DNA of 64,000 nucleotides. Source: Bradymonadia bacterium (GTDB lineage: Bacteria; Myxococcota_A; Bradymonadia; UBA7976; UBA1532). The DNA lies in contig JBKAGE010000080.1 of NCBI GenBank assembly GCA_046290225.1, positions 3,619-67,618 on the forward strand, read 5' to 3'. Below, piece after piece: positions 18,966-29,700 of the stretch (its first letter is position 1; each line of letters begins with the position of its first letter). The notes beneath the pieces were generated by a model that worked only from the letters and a program-made list of their open reading frames with translations, made no database searches and was not told the DNA's origin. The position numbers were made by a program, and so were the translations under genes.

Positions 18966-19475
18966 ATGCACATCAGCGCACTTCACACCCTTCAGATCTC
19001 TGTGCGAGCCCGCCTGGGCCTTCAGAACAACCACTTGAAGGCCCTCGGTCTCGTAGCGCCCGAATATTCACCGCTCTCGGCCAGCCTGGTCGTCGATCGA
19101 GCCGGGCACGCTTTGGAGCATTTGGCGCCCGACGCCCGAGTGCCCCTCGTGTATGGCTTCTGGCGGCAAGGATGCCTGCCCTTGGGGTTGATGGTGACTC
19201 ACCATGGCACGTCACGGCCCATCGAGGTGTGGCTTTCCCTGACCGACGCATACACAGGGGAGACGCTGGCCCGACATCGTTTCATACGCAAGACCCGAAG
19301 TCATGAGCACCCGGAGGTGCAGATGCTCATGGGCCTCTATCTGCCTGTGGATCAGTCTTCGGAGATGATTGGGCGAAACGCTCAGCTCAGCTTTCGGGTC
19401 ACCCTCGGCGATGCACAGTACGAGGACAGCCGCCGCATCGTCATCACGCAGCCGGAGCAGGGTGCCCGAGCGTGA
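18966..19475 (+). CDS. Hypothetical protein, paralog of 17748-18218 without a lipobox
   Basis: AGGAG RBS 7 nt before ATG. VPLVYGF..., EVWLSLTDAYTGETLARHRFIR and GLYLPV align with IPVIYGY..., EMWFTVTDISTDEVVAQNRFLR and GLYVLV. Confidence 0.7.
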   Translation: MHISALHTLQISVRARLGLQNNHLKALGLVAPEYSPLSASLVVDRAGHALEHLAPDARVPLVYGFWRQGCLPLGLMVTHHGTSRPIEVWLSLTDAYTGETLARHRFIRKTRSHEHPEVQMLMGLYLPVDQSSEMIGRNAQLSFRVTLGDAQYEDSRRIVITQPEQGARA

Positions 19476-19478
19476 GGC

Positions 19479-20627
19479 TCATTGACCGTCGATGATGCTC
19501 TCTCCGAGCGGACCTGCAGGGGGCAGGCTGGAATCGGCGACGTGTTTGAGCATCGATGCGCGCGTCAACTCACCACGCGTGACCACACCGATGATGTTGT
19601 TCATCTCGTTGATCACCACCGCTCCACTGTGACCCCCACGGACCATCTGAAGCTCCACCTGAGCCAGATCAGCGTCTGAATCCACGATGAGGGGCTTCGA
19701 GGGCAACATGTCACCCACCTTGCGGTTGCCTCCGGTACCGGATTGCAGGTCCTGAGGCAGCAACACTCCACGAATGCCCTCGAGATCACGGACCAGGGCC
19801 ACCGTGGCCCCTTGCAGCAACATGTGACGGGCCACGGCGGTGGCGGCCCGATGAGGCTCGACGGTGGCCACTCGGGTGAGCAACGCCTGATCGGCCCTCA
19901 AGCCCGTGAGGCGGCTCTGACGTACGGCGGCGGCCTCTTCGGCCGTGGCGCCGAGGAAGACGAAGCCGGCGATGAGCAGCAAGCTGGGATCGAAAGGCGG
20001 GAACACGGCGAAGACAGCACCGATGACGGCGAGGGCCCTGCCGACGGTTGCGGCGGCGCGGGTAGCCTCCACCGGGCCCAGGCGCGTCTCCAAGAGGGCC
20101 TTCAAGATGCGCCCACCGTCCATGGGGAACGCCGGCAGCAAGTTGAAGAGGGCCAGCGCGCCGTTGGCGACGAAGACCAGGAGAGCAGCCATCTGCAATG
20201 CGGGCAACCCGAAGGTGACCCGAAGCCCGAGTAATCCCAAGGCCCCCAGCAGGATGCTCACCAAAGGGCCGGCGAAGGCCACCTTGGCCTGCTGCATCGG
20301 CGTGGCATTGTCGTGTTCGAGCTGTGTGATCCCGCCAAGGAGCATCAGGGTGATGTGGCGCACCTTGCCGCCGAGGGCCAAAGCTGCGAGGGCATGACCC
20401 AACTCATGCAGGAGCACGGAGAAGAACACCACCAGTGGCAACAGCAGCCCCCACACCGGGCGTGGCAGCACGAGATCGGCCACCTCAAGACCGAGGATGT
20501 GGGCGGCGTAGCTCACCCCCTGCGTGGCGAAAGCCACGGCCATGAGCGGCACGATGAGGAGCAGCGAGGCATGCAGTCGGAGAGGGATGCCTTTGAGGTG
20601 ACCGATGGTCCAGCTGGCTTTGAACAT
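19479..20627 (-). CDS. Site-2 protease (M50) with CBS domains
   Basis: GIPLRLH, LLHELGH, AGPLVS, FNLLPAFPMDGGRIL, C-terminal CBS pair. GAGGAGG RBS. Confidence 0.92.
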   Translation of the reverse strand: MFKASWTIGHLKGIPLRLHASLLLIVPLMAVAFATQGVSYAAHILGLEVADLVLPRPVWGLLLPLVVFFSVLLHELGHALAALALGGKVRHITLMLLGGITQLEHDNATPMQQAKVAFAGPLVSILLGALGLLGLRVTFGLPALQMAALLVFVANGALALFNLLPAFPMDGGRILKALLETRLGPVEATRAAATVGRALAVIGAVFAVFPPFDPSLLLIAGFVFLGATAEEAAAVRQSRLTGLRADQALLTRVATVEPHRAATAVARHMLLQGATVALVRDLEGIRGVLLPQDLQSGTGGNRKVGDMLPSKPLIVDSDADLAQVELQMVRGGHSGAVVINEMNNIIGVVTRGELTRASMLKHVADSSLPPAGPLGESIIDGQ

Positions 20628-20820
20628 CTCAACCTCCTCGCGATGACACCGTCTATAAACACGAGACGGACTTCTCTTAGTCCGATGCAAACACCCACTG
20701 AACGTTTCGGTGGGGCAAGGGATCTCGAAGACCCTGATTTGAAGCATCGGCGTCCGCGAGAGGCGGGTTGAGCCCTCGGGCGTGGTGCGAGGATTCGAGA
20801 GAGGCAGGCGTGGGGCGGGA

Positions 20821-22377
20821 TCAGAGCGGGGCGTTGAGCAGCTTTTCGACCTCGGCCACAGCGCCTTCGATGCTGATGCGGCGCTGCTCCATGGTGTCTC
20901 GATCGCGGATGGTGATGGTGTCATCCTGCATGGTCTGGCCATCGATGGTCAGACAGAAGGGCGTGCCGATCTCGTCGTGACGACGGTAGCGGCGGCCGAT
21001 GGCGTGCTGCTCGTCGTACTTGGCGTTGATGCCCTTCTCGAAGAAGGCCTGCATCACCTGACGGGCCTTCTCGGGCATGCCGTCTTTCTTCACGAGGGGC
21101 AGCACCGCCACCTTCACCGGGGCGAGCCGGGGGTGCAGCTTGAGCACCACGCGGGTCTCGGGACCCTTCGAGCCCTGGACCTCTTCCTCGGTGTAGGCGT
21201 CGATGAGGTACACCAGCACACCACGGGTGGCGCCGGCAGCAGGCTCGATGACGTAGGGGGTGTACTTCTTCTTCTCGACAGGATCGAAGTACTCGAGCTT
21301 CTGGCCGCTGTGCTTGGCGTGCTTGTTGAGATCGTAGTCGGTGCGGTTGGCCACACCCTCGAGCTCACCCCAGCCCCAGGGGTACTCGTACTCGATGTCG
21401 TAGCAACCCTTGGCGTAGTGGGCGAGCTCGTCGTCCTCGTGGGCCCGGAACACGAACTTCTCGGGGTGGTTGGCGTACTGCTTCCACCACCGCATGCGCT
21501 CCTCTTTCCAGTAGTCCCCCCACTCCTCGTCGGTGCCGGGCTCGCAGAAGAACTCCATCTCCATCTGCTCGAACTCGCAGCTGCGGAAGATGAAGTGCTC
21601 GACGGTGATCTCGTTGCGGAACGACTTGCCCATCTGGGCGATGCCGAAGGGGATCTTCATCGCCATGGACTGCTGGATGTTCGAGAACTGCACGAACATG
21701 GCCTGGGCGGTCTCGGGGCGCAGGTACACGGCGCTCTGGTTGGCGATGGCCTCGACGGCGGTGCGCAGCTCGTCGCCGCTCTTGCCCTCGAATTCCCCCC
21801 GCTGGATCGCCGCGGTGAGATCACCGAGGGGATCAGTGGCCCCGATGCTGGACTTGAACATCAGGTTGAACTGACGCTCGTCGCTGAGGAAAGGCGAGCC
21901 GCAGTTGGGGCACACATAGCCCTGCTCACCAGCCACAGCGCCGTGCAACTCCTTGCCGCGGCGGGTGACCTCGACGCCGAGCTGCTCTTTGACGAGGGTC
22001 TCGGCCACCTTGGCCTTGCCCTTGTCGGGGAAGGTCATCACCGCGGCTTCACCGGCGGCCACGGCGGGGGCCTTGTCGGACCGGAAGCGCTCCTTGCACA
22101 CCTTGCAGTCCACCATGGGATCGGAGAACCCGGCGAGGTGGCCGGAGGCGTGCCAGACCTTGGGGTGCATGATGATCGAGGCGTCGAGGCCCACGACGTT
22201 CTCCCGGCCGTGGACCATGTCGCGCCACCACTCGTTCATGAGGTTGCGCTTGAGCTCAACACCGAGCGGCCCGTAGTCATATGCGCTCTTCAGGCCACCG
22301 TAGATCTCGGAGGACTGAAAGACGAAGCCGCGGCGCTTGCACAGCGAGACGATTTTCTGCATCAGGTCGGAAGACAT
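20821..22377 (-). CDS. glyQS: Glycine--tRNA ligase, alpha2 (eukaryote/archaea-type)
   Basis: LCKRRGFVFQSSEIYGG, YDYGPLG, YLRPETAQ, GKSFRNEI, EFEQMEMEFF, GRRYRRHDEIGTPFC. Confidence 0.96.
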   Translation of the reverse strand: MSSDLMQKIVSLCKRRGFVFQSSEIYGGLKSAYDYGPLGVELKRNLMNEWWRDMVHGRENVVGLDASIIMHPKVWHASGHLAGFSDPMVDCKVCKERFRSDKAPAVAAGEAAVMTFPDKGKAKVAETLVKEQLGVEVTRRGKELHGAVAGEQGYVCPNCGSPFLSDERQFNLMFKSSIGATDPLGDLTAAIQRGEFEGKSGDELRTAVEAIANQSAVYLRPETAQAMFVQFSNIQQSMAMKIPFGIAQMGKSFRNEITVEHFIFRSCEFEQMEMEFFCEPGTDEEWGDYWKEERMRWWKQYANHPEKFVFRAHEDDELAHYAKGCYDIEYEYPWGWGELEGVANRTDYDLNKHAKHSGQKLEYFDPVEKKKYTPYVIEPAAGATRGVLVYLIDAYTEEEVQGSKGPETRVVLKLHPRLAPVKVAVLPLVKKDGMPEKARQVMQAFFEKGINAKYDEQHAIGRRYRRHDEIGTPFCLTIDGQTMQDDTITIRDRDTMEQRRISIEGAVAEVEKLLNAPL

Positions 22378-22504
22378 GGACCTCTCCGGTCAGGTACGTG
22401 AACGCCCCATGCTCGGGGGCGAGACCGCGGGATGGTAGCGATCCACCGAGAGAGAGACAACATCGAGCGATGGATGGCTGCTCCGCCTGCCCTGCCCTAC
22501 AGCA

Positions 22505-23365
22505 TCAAACGCGGGCTTGATGTGTCAGCGTGAGCAGCGCCTCGGCGTATCCACGGGGGTTGTCGAGGGGCAGAAAGTGGCCGCCGGGGATGATGATCGA
22601 CTCGCACGTCTGTGGGAGCAACGACTCGAGCCGACGCCCCACGGTGAGCCACGGCTGGTAGTGATCACCATCGGCCCAGAGCAGCCCCGTGGGCACCTTA
22701 AGAGACTTCAGCGCCGGTGCTGCTTCCACGGTCTGTCGAGGGTCGAGGGCCTTCAAGTGACGGGCAAAGGCTCTGCGACCCACAGGTGCGCTCACCTTGG
22801 GACCCCAGAACACCTCTGAGGCCTCTTCGGGCTTCACGGGTCTGCTCATCCCCTTCGCCAACGCCCGACGGGCATAGAAGTTGGGCATCAGGCCCAGAGC
22901 ACACAGCGCCGGATAGAGCCCTGCCCACGCCACCCACCGAAACAGCTTCACGGGCAGGACCGGCCAGCTGTCTTCGGCGACGGTGTCACCGAGGGTGAGG
23001 CCGCTGATCAGATGGGGTGTACGGGCTGCGACGATCTGCGCCACACCGCCACCGAGATCGTGGCCCACCAACCAGGGCGGCCGACCACCTACATCGACCA
23101 TCTGCCCCAGCCACGTGCTCACGAGGGCAGCAGCACCCCCGAGGCTGTGATCAGCATCCGCAGAGATTCGGCTCTGGCCATATCCAGGCAGATCGGGGGC
23201 CCACACGCGCCATCCGGCCTGGGCGAGGATGGGCATCACGCCACACCACAGCCCGCTGTTCGCCGGAATCCCGTGCAGCAAGACCATGGGCAGCCCCTGC
23301 TCGGGCCCCGCCACCCTCGCGGAGAGCACGGCATCGGCCACGGGGATTTCGATGCGTTCGATCAT
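22505..23365 (-). CDS. Alpha/beta fold hydrolase
   Basis: LLHGIP, PDLPGYG, VGHDLGG (Asp nucleophile), GGHF. Confidence 0.88.
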   Translation of the reverse strand: MIERIEIPVADAVLSARVAGPEQGLPMVLLHGIPANSGLWCGVMPILAQAGWRVWAPDLPGYGQSRISADADHSLGGAAALVSTWLGQMVDVGGRPPWLVGHDLGGGVAQIVAARTPHLISGLTLGDTVAEDSWPVLPVKLFRWVAWAGLYPALCALGLMPNFYARRALAKGMSRPVKPEEASEVFWGPKVSAPVGRRAFARHLKALDPRQTVEAAPALKSLKVPTGLLWADGDHYQPWLTVGRRLESLLPQTCESIIIPGGHFLPLDNPRGYAEALLTLTHQARV

Positions 23366-23499
23366 CACTTCGCCTTTTGGACCCGCACGGAGGTGTTGGG
23401 GCCTGTGGACATCACCTGGGTCATGTCGACCCCTGCAATTCTGGGACACCCTGGTCTCAGTTCTCTTCTCGAAGGCCCTCAAGCACAAGGGCCGCGACC

Positions 23500-23515
23500 C
23501 GGCACACTGGTTGCT
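23500..23515 (+). promoter_or_regulatory. sigma54 (-24/-12) promoter
   Basis: CGGCAC-ACTGG-TTGCT matches YGGCAC-N5-TTGCW, 78 bp upstream of ATG 23594. Confidence 0.65.
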
Positions 23516-23593
23516 AAAAGCATACGTTCAGTGCCCAATAGACACGGGCCACATGGCCCTCAGAGCCGTGTTCGAGACAAGGGGTCGACCCAC

Positions 23594-25741
23594 ATGAAGC
23601 ACTTTAACTTTACCCTGCACAGCCTGTTGCTCCTCGCAGCAGCGCAGCTCACAGGCTGCGCTCAGGGCACCGAAGAGGCACCCCTCGACGTGAGCGATGG
23701 CGTGCCTCTCACCCGGGAGATCGAGGTCAGCAAGGATCGCCTGGTCGAGGCACCGGTGAACCTCGAAGTGCAGCTCATCGACTTGCTGCCTGGTGAGAGC
23801 CCGGAGGCGGCGATCCGCCGCGTATACGGCAACCTGCAGATCGTCAGCGACACCTCGATCCTCATCGAGGCGCAGCTCGAGGAGCAGGGCCTGCTCAACC
23901 CTCAAGGACAGACCGAGAACGATCCCGCCGCACAGGACGAGCAGCTCGATCTGGAGTCTGGCCCTCAAGGTGGGCCGCGCCTCGGGCAGCCATGTTTTGC
24001 CGAGAGCCAGTGGGGCACATGCGCTACGGGGCAGTCCTGCGCAGGCACCCCTGTGGGCAACATCTGTCAGGGTGATGGCGTGAGTTGCTGTATCGAGGCC
24101 TCGAACCCGCCCGAGCAAATGCCGCCCGAAGAGATGCCCCCAGAGCAAATGCCTCCAGAGCAGATGCCGCCTGAAGAGATGCCCCCAGAGCAAATGCCAC
24201 CTGTGGGGGATGACATGGTGTGCAACAACAGCTGCTTCACCGCCAATGACGAGGTGTGTGACGACGGCGGCGAGGGCAGCAACTTCGATGTCTGCCCCAT
24301 GGGCACCGACTGCGCCGACTGTGGTCCTCGCCAACGAGGTGAGGCCCCGCGTCAGGGGCCGCCGCAGCCAGATCCGCCTCAGCAAGATCCGCCGCAGCAA
24401 GATCCACCGCAGCAAGATCCACCGCAGCAGGATCCCCCACGGCAGGACCCCCCGCAGCAAGATCCACAACAGCCTCCTCAACAGCAGGCCCCTCAGGACA
24501 ATGATCCTCTCGGCACGCGCTGCACCGCTCAGGGCGTCGCCGGCACCTGTCAGAACGTCGACCGCTGCCGGGACGGCGCCGGGCTGGAGCCCATCCCTGG
24601 CCATTGCCCGGGCGATCACACGGTGCAGTGCTGCATTCCACAAGCACAGCCTCAGAACAACACCAACAACCATGACGGCCAGCGGCCTTATGGCGCCGGT
24701 GAGGCATGCACCGCGTATGGTCAGCGGGGCGTGTGTGGCACCCCCAACGACTGCATGGGTGGCCGACGAGAGGCGGGGTTCTGTCCTGGCGACGACGACA
24801 TCCAGTGCTGTCTCGAAGACAACGCGTCACAGCCTGCCCCTGGGCAGCTGCCGCAGCTTGGTCAGGCCTGTGTCGCCAACGGTGAGGCCGGCGTCTGTTC
24901 CCGTGTTCAGAGCTGCGCAGGCACCCCTACCCCGGGGTACTGCGCTGGAGACAACAGCATCCAGTGCTGCATCGAGGGTGAAGAGAAGCTTGCCTGGTTT
25001 GCCGTGCCACTGGTCATTGAAGGGGCCAGCCTGGCCATCGCCCTCTATCGCGGCTACCGCGCGGCCCGTCTCGTCGGCACCGTGATCACCACCACTCGAA
25101 ATGCCCAGGCGGTGCGGGTGGGCATCTACACAGGTGCTCAGTCCATCGATCGCGCCCGCCGGCTCGGTTACGCAGGTGGACGCACACTGGAGAGCCGCAT
25201 CGGCAATGTGGTGGACAACTTCTACAGAGCTGCTGCTCTCGCCGCCGCAGCGGAGCGGCTCAGCGACATGGGAGGCATGTGCCGCCCCGATGATCTCAAC
25301 GCCTACAGTGATGGACGCCGGGACAGTGGCAGCTGCAGCCCGGAGGATCACTGCCAGCTCGCGAACATCAAAACGCAGAAGTGCGACCAGCAACCCCACA
25401 GCTGCAATGGCATCGGCGACAACCAGGTCAACAGCATCACCAGCCGGCTGCGGAACAACCCGAGCCTTGTCCTGCCCCCTACGGAGCGCGAGCTCGTGAG
25501 GGCATGGTGTGAGCTCGCTCAGAGCAGAATCGACAACGGCGCCGAGTGCCTGGGCTGGCGGCAACGGATCAGCGAGGAGTGCTTCAGCGGTCGCCCAGAT
25601 CCCCGCGATCACGCCAGCGCCGAGCAGCAGGTCCTCGACGCGGGGAACAGGTGTCGCCGCAGCATGGAGCGAAACCTGTGCGACAACTTCCTCTCCAACG
25701 CACTCATGCGACTCGACATCGGTCCTGTCGATCTGGACTGA
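23594..25741 (+). CDS. Cys-rich lipoprotein with Pro/Gln linkers and a putative Ntox16-like C-terminal toxin domain
   Basis: Lipobox LTGC. Four C..G.C....C....G.C.G....QCC modules. Hydrophobic WFAVPLVIEGASLAIAL segment. C-terminal SCSPEDH..L....QKC..SC...C...RIDNGAECL..RQRI.EECF.G...H......RC. Confidence 0.7.
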   Translation: MKHFNFTLHSLLLLAAAQLTGCAQGTEEAPLDVSDGVPLTREIEVSKDRLVEAPVNLEVQLIDLLPGESPEAAIRRVYGNLQIVSDTSILIEAQLEEQGLLNPQGQTENDPAAQDEQLDLESGPQGGPRLGQPCFAESQWGTCATGQSCAGTPVGNICQGDGVSCCIEASNPPEQMPPEEMPPEQMPPEQMPPEEMPPEQMPPVGDDMVCNNSCFTANDEVCDDGGEGSNFDVCPMGTDCADCGPRQRGEAPRQGPPQPDPPQQDPPQQDPPQQDPPQQDPPRQDPPQQDPQQPPQQQAPQDNDPLGTRCTAQGVAGTCQNVDRCRDGAGLEPIPGHCPGDHTVQCCIPQAQPQNNTNNHDGQRPYGAGEACTAYGQRGVCGTPNDCMGGRREAGFCPGDDDIQCCLEDNASQPAPGQLPQLGQACVANGEAGVCSRVQSCAGTPTPGYCAGDNSIQCCIEGEEKLAWFAVPLVIEGASLAIALYRGYRAARLVGTVITTTRNAQAVRVGIYTGAQSIDRARRLGYAGGRTLESRIGNVVDNFYRAAALAAAAERLSDMGGMCRPDDLNAYSDGRRDSGSCSPEDHCQLANIKTQKCDQQPHSCNGIGDNQVNSITSRLRNNPSLVLPPTERELVRAWCELAQSRIDNGAECLGWRQRISEECFSGRPDPRDHASAEQQVLDAGNRCRRSMERNLCDNFLSNALMRLDIGPVDLD
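24107..24472 (+). repeat. Two 15-bp coding tandem arrays: (PPEQM/PPEEM)x6 and (DPPQQ)x7
   Basis: Arrays at 24107-24202 and 24371-24472. Confidence 0.9.
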
Positions 25742-25772
25742 TTTTCCAAGACCCAGCATCTCGCTGAGCAGC

Positions 25773-26660
25773 TCACTTGTGACAGATCGGCCCCTTGGCC
25801 CGCACCATCACCCCGTCGGCCTCGAGCGACTGCACCACCCCCACTCCGCTTGCCGCAGGTGTGAGGCACACATCGACCTCGAGCAACCGGGTCAGCTTGA
25901 GCAGGGGCTCCACCGATGCCACCGCGGTCATCCGTGCTCTCAAGCGCTCGAGCGCTGGCGTCTCGGCGAGGGGCTCGAGATCGACCAGTCGGGGGTTGAA
26001 CGACACATCGAGCTCGGTGAGCGCCTTCTTACCTGCGAGGGGGCTCAGATCTTTCAAGCGGTTGCCGGCGAGGTTGAGCTGAGTGAGCTGCGAGAGCCCC
26101 GCGAGGGGTTTGATCTCCCTGATCCCCGCGCCATCGAGCGACAACACCTTCAAAGCAGTGCAGCCCTGCAGCCCCTCGAGGTTCTGCACATCACTGTTGT
26201 CGATCACCAGATGCGTGAGCAGCTTCAGGGCTGCGAGAGGCTTCAGCGTGCGGGGCTTCGCACTGACCAGCGTCAATGACTCCAGCGACTTCAATGCGCT
26301 CAAGGGGGTCAGATCTTCAATGTGCGTGCGCTCGTCGATGCTCGTGGCCCAGGGCGGCGGGCCGATGGAGAGCGCGCTCAACTTCGGCAACGCCGAGAGT
26401 GGGCTCAAATCGCCACCTGGCACATCGTAGAGGCTGAGAGAGGTGAGCGACTCGAGCTTCTCGATGCCTGCGAGGTTGCGCACAGGCTCGACGAACCTCA
26501 GGGCAGTGACCTCGGAGAGATCACGACAGCTCTTCTCCACGGGCAGAGCGCGTCGAATCGCCGCCCGCACGTGCACCGAGGGCACCTGGTCCGCGATCTC
26601 GGGGCAAGGTTCGATGGGGTCTCCCGGTTGGAGCAGCGCGATCAGAATCATCGGGATCAT
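25773..26660 (-). CDS. Leucine-rich repeat protein (internalin-like), probably secreted
   Basis: 22-aa LxxLxLxxNxIxDLxPL repeats; short hydrophobic N-terminus. Confidence 0.85.
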   Translation of the reverse strand: MIPMILIALLQPGDPIEPCPEIADQVPSVHVRAAIRRALPVEKSCRDLSEVTALRFVEPVRNLAGIEKLESLTSLSLYDVPGGDLSPLSALPKLSALSIGPPPWATSIDERTHIEDLTPLSALKSLESLTLVSAKPRTLKPLAALKLLTHLVIDNSDVQNLEGLQGCTALKVLSLDGAGIREIKPLAGLSQLTQLNLAGNRLKDLSPLAGKKALTELDVSFNPRLVDLEPLAETPALERLRARMTAVASVEPLLKLTRLLEVDVCLTPAASGVGVVQSLEADGVMVRAKGPICHK

Positions 26661-26739
26661 GCGCCTACTTTCCCAGAATCGATCGCCTCCCTACAATGCT
26701 CTGTCTTTACATCGCGTTTACATGCTCCAGGAGCACCCC

Positions 26740-29700
26740 ATGAGCCCCCCCGATCCGAGCCCCACAATCGACCCTGGCTCGACCACCCAGCCTGCACTCG
26801 AGGGGCCGAGCCGCTCGGTCCGCTTCGTCACCGCCGCCAGCCTCTTCGACGGCCATGACGCCTCGATCAACATCATGCGGCGCATTCTGCAGGCCAAGGG
26901 TGCCGAGGTGATCCACCTGGGTCACGATCGGGCGGTGCAGGATCTCGTGGAGGCCGCCATCGAAGAGGACGCCGACGGCGTCGCGGTGTCGTCCTACCAG
27001 GGCGGCCACATGGAGTACTTCACCTACCTCGTCGACCAGCTCGCCGCCCGGGGGCGGCCCGACATCAAGGTCTTCGGCGGTGGCGGTGGCACCATCACCG
27101 ACAAGGAGATCGCCGAGCTGCACCGCCGCGGGGTCACCCGCATCTATTCCGTGGAAGACGGCCGCCGCTTGGGCCTCGAGGGCATGATCCAGGACATGAT
27201 CGATCAGGCCCGGGCCACCGCCACCACCCCGCTGAGTGTGGTCCCGCTGCCCAGCGGCCTCGTCGAGGGTGATCCGGCCACGGTGGCCCGCACCCTCACC
27301 GCCCTCGAAGATCTGCACGCCGCCGAGGACACCACGACGCTGAGCCGCTTCCGAGAAGCGGTGAACGCACACCTTGGCGACACGCGCCCCCTCGTTCTGG
27401 GCATCACCGGGGTCGGCGGCGCCGGCAAGTCGTCCCTCACCGACGAGCTGGTGCGCCGCATCAAGGGCGCCTTTCCCGATCGCTCTGTGGCGGTGCTCTC
27501 TGTCGATCCGTCTCGGCGTCGTACGGGTGGCGCTCTGCTCGGTGATCGCATCCGCATGAACACGGCGACGGGCGCTCGGGTCTTCATGCGCTCGATGGCC
27601 ACCCGGCAGGCCAACGCCGCGGTGCCGGTCACCGTGGCCAGTGCCCTGCTGGCCCTGAAGGCCGCCCGCTTCGACTTGGTGATCCTCGAGACCGCGGGCA
27701 TCGGCCAGAGCGGCAGCGAGGTCACTGATCTCAGCGATGTGTCGCTCTATGTGATGACCCCGGAGTTCGGCGCCCCCACCCAGCTCGAGAAGATCGACAT
27801 GCTCGATTACGCCGACGTGGTGGCGGTGAACAAAGCCGACAAGCGCGGGGCCACGGACGCGGTGAAGTACGTGGCCAAGCAGGTTCAGCGCAACCGCGGC
27901 GACTTCAGCACCCTACCGTCGCAGATGCCGGTCTTCGGCTGCATCGCCAGCCGCTTCGGCGACGCCGGCGTCGACGCCCTCTTCGGTCATCTGATGAGCA
28001 TCCTGAACACCCGCAGCGCCCAATGGTCGGTTCCCCCCGCAGGGGAGCGGGCCCCGGACATGCCCGTGGTGGTGCCCCCGGCGCGCGTGCGCTACCTGTC
28101 CGAGATCGCCGGCGCGGTCCGTGGTCATCACGCCTGGACCTCGACACAGGCCCAGCGGGCGGCCACCGCCGACGGTCTGCGGCGCACCCTCGCCGATCTC
28201 GGCGACGTGGTGCCCGAGGTGGGCCAGCTCTACGCTGACGATCTGCTTGAGACTGGGGCAAGCCCCGAGGTGCTGATGCTGCGCAAGCGCTACAACGAGC
28301 GCCTGGGCCAGCTCGACGCTGACTGCCGCAAGATGCTGGCGGAGATCCCCGACCTCAAGGCCCGCTACCGCGCTCCGCAGAACCACTACAGCGTGCGCGG
28401 GCGTACCTTCGAGGTGGAGAACTACACCGAGAGCCTCAGCGGGAACGACATCGCCAAGGTGGCCCTGCCCCAGACCGAGGACTGGGGCGATCTGATGCGC
28501 TGGGTGCTCACAGAGAACGTACCTGGGGCCTGGCCGTACACCGCGGGGGTGTTCCCCTACAAGCGCACCGGCGAAGATCCCACGCGCATGTTCGCCGGCG
28601 AGGGCACCCCGGAGCGGACCAATCGCCGGTTCCACTATCTGTCCCGAGGCAGCGCCGCAGCCCGGCTGTCGACGGCCTTCGACTCGGTGACGCTCTACGG
28701 TCGTGATCCTGCTCTGCGCCCCGACATTTACGGCAAGGTGGGCAACTCCGGGGTGAGCGTGGCCACCCTGGACGACGCCAAGCGTCTGTACTCGGGCTTC
28801 GATCTCACCGCCCCCACCACCAGCGTGTCGATGACCATCAACGGCCCAGCGCCGATCATCCTGGCGATGTTCTTCAACACCGCCATCGATCAGGCGGTGG
28901 AGCGCCGGCTCAAAGAGACGGGTCGCTGGGCTGAGGCTCAAGAGAAGATCAAAGCCCTCACACCTCACGATCCGGCTTACCGCACTGACCTGCCCGAGGG
29001 GCACAACGGCGAAGGGCTGGGCCTGCTCGGCGTGAGCGGTGATCAGCTGCTGAGCGCGGAAGAGTACGCCGAGGTGCGCGCCGCCACCCTCACCCAGGTG
29101 CGGGGCACGGTGCAGGCCGACATTTTGAAAGAGGATCAGGCTCAGAACACCTGCATCTTCAGCACCGACTTCGCCCTGAAGATGATGGGCGACATTCAAG
29201 CGTGGTTCATCGACCACGGGGTGCGCAACTTCTACTCGGTGTCGATCAGCGGCTATCACATCGCCGAGGCAGGGGCGAACCCCATCAGCCAGCTGGCCTT
29301 CACCCTGGCCAACGGCTTCACCTTCGTGGAGTACTATCGGGCCCGAGGCATGCAGGTGGACGACTTCGCCCGCAACCTCAGCTTCTTCTTCAGCAACGGC
29401 GTCGACCCGGAGTACGCGGTCATCGGTCGAGTGGCCCGCCGCATCTGGGCGGTGGCCATGAAGAAGCTCTATGGCGCCGGCCCCCGCAGCCAGCAGCTGA
29501 AGTATCACATCCAGACGTCGGGCCGCTCGCTCCACGCTCAGGAGATCGACTTCAACGACATCCGCACCACGCTGCAGGCCCTCTACGCCCTGGCAGACAA
29601 CTGCAACAGCTTGCACACCAACGCCTACGATGAGGCCATCACCACGCCCACGGAGGCCTCGGTCCGGCGGGCCCTGGCGATCCAGCTCATCATCAACCGC

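Noticed and set aside
23012-23593. 5' extension of the Cys-rich lipoprotein ORF
   Set aside because: It overlaps the hydrolase on the opposite strand. The signal peptide and promoter support ATG 23594.
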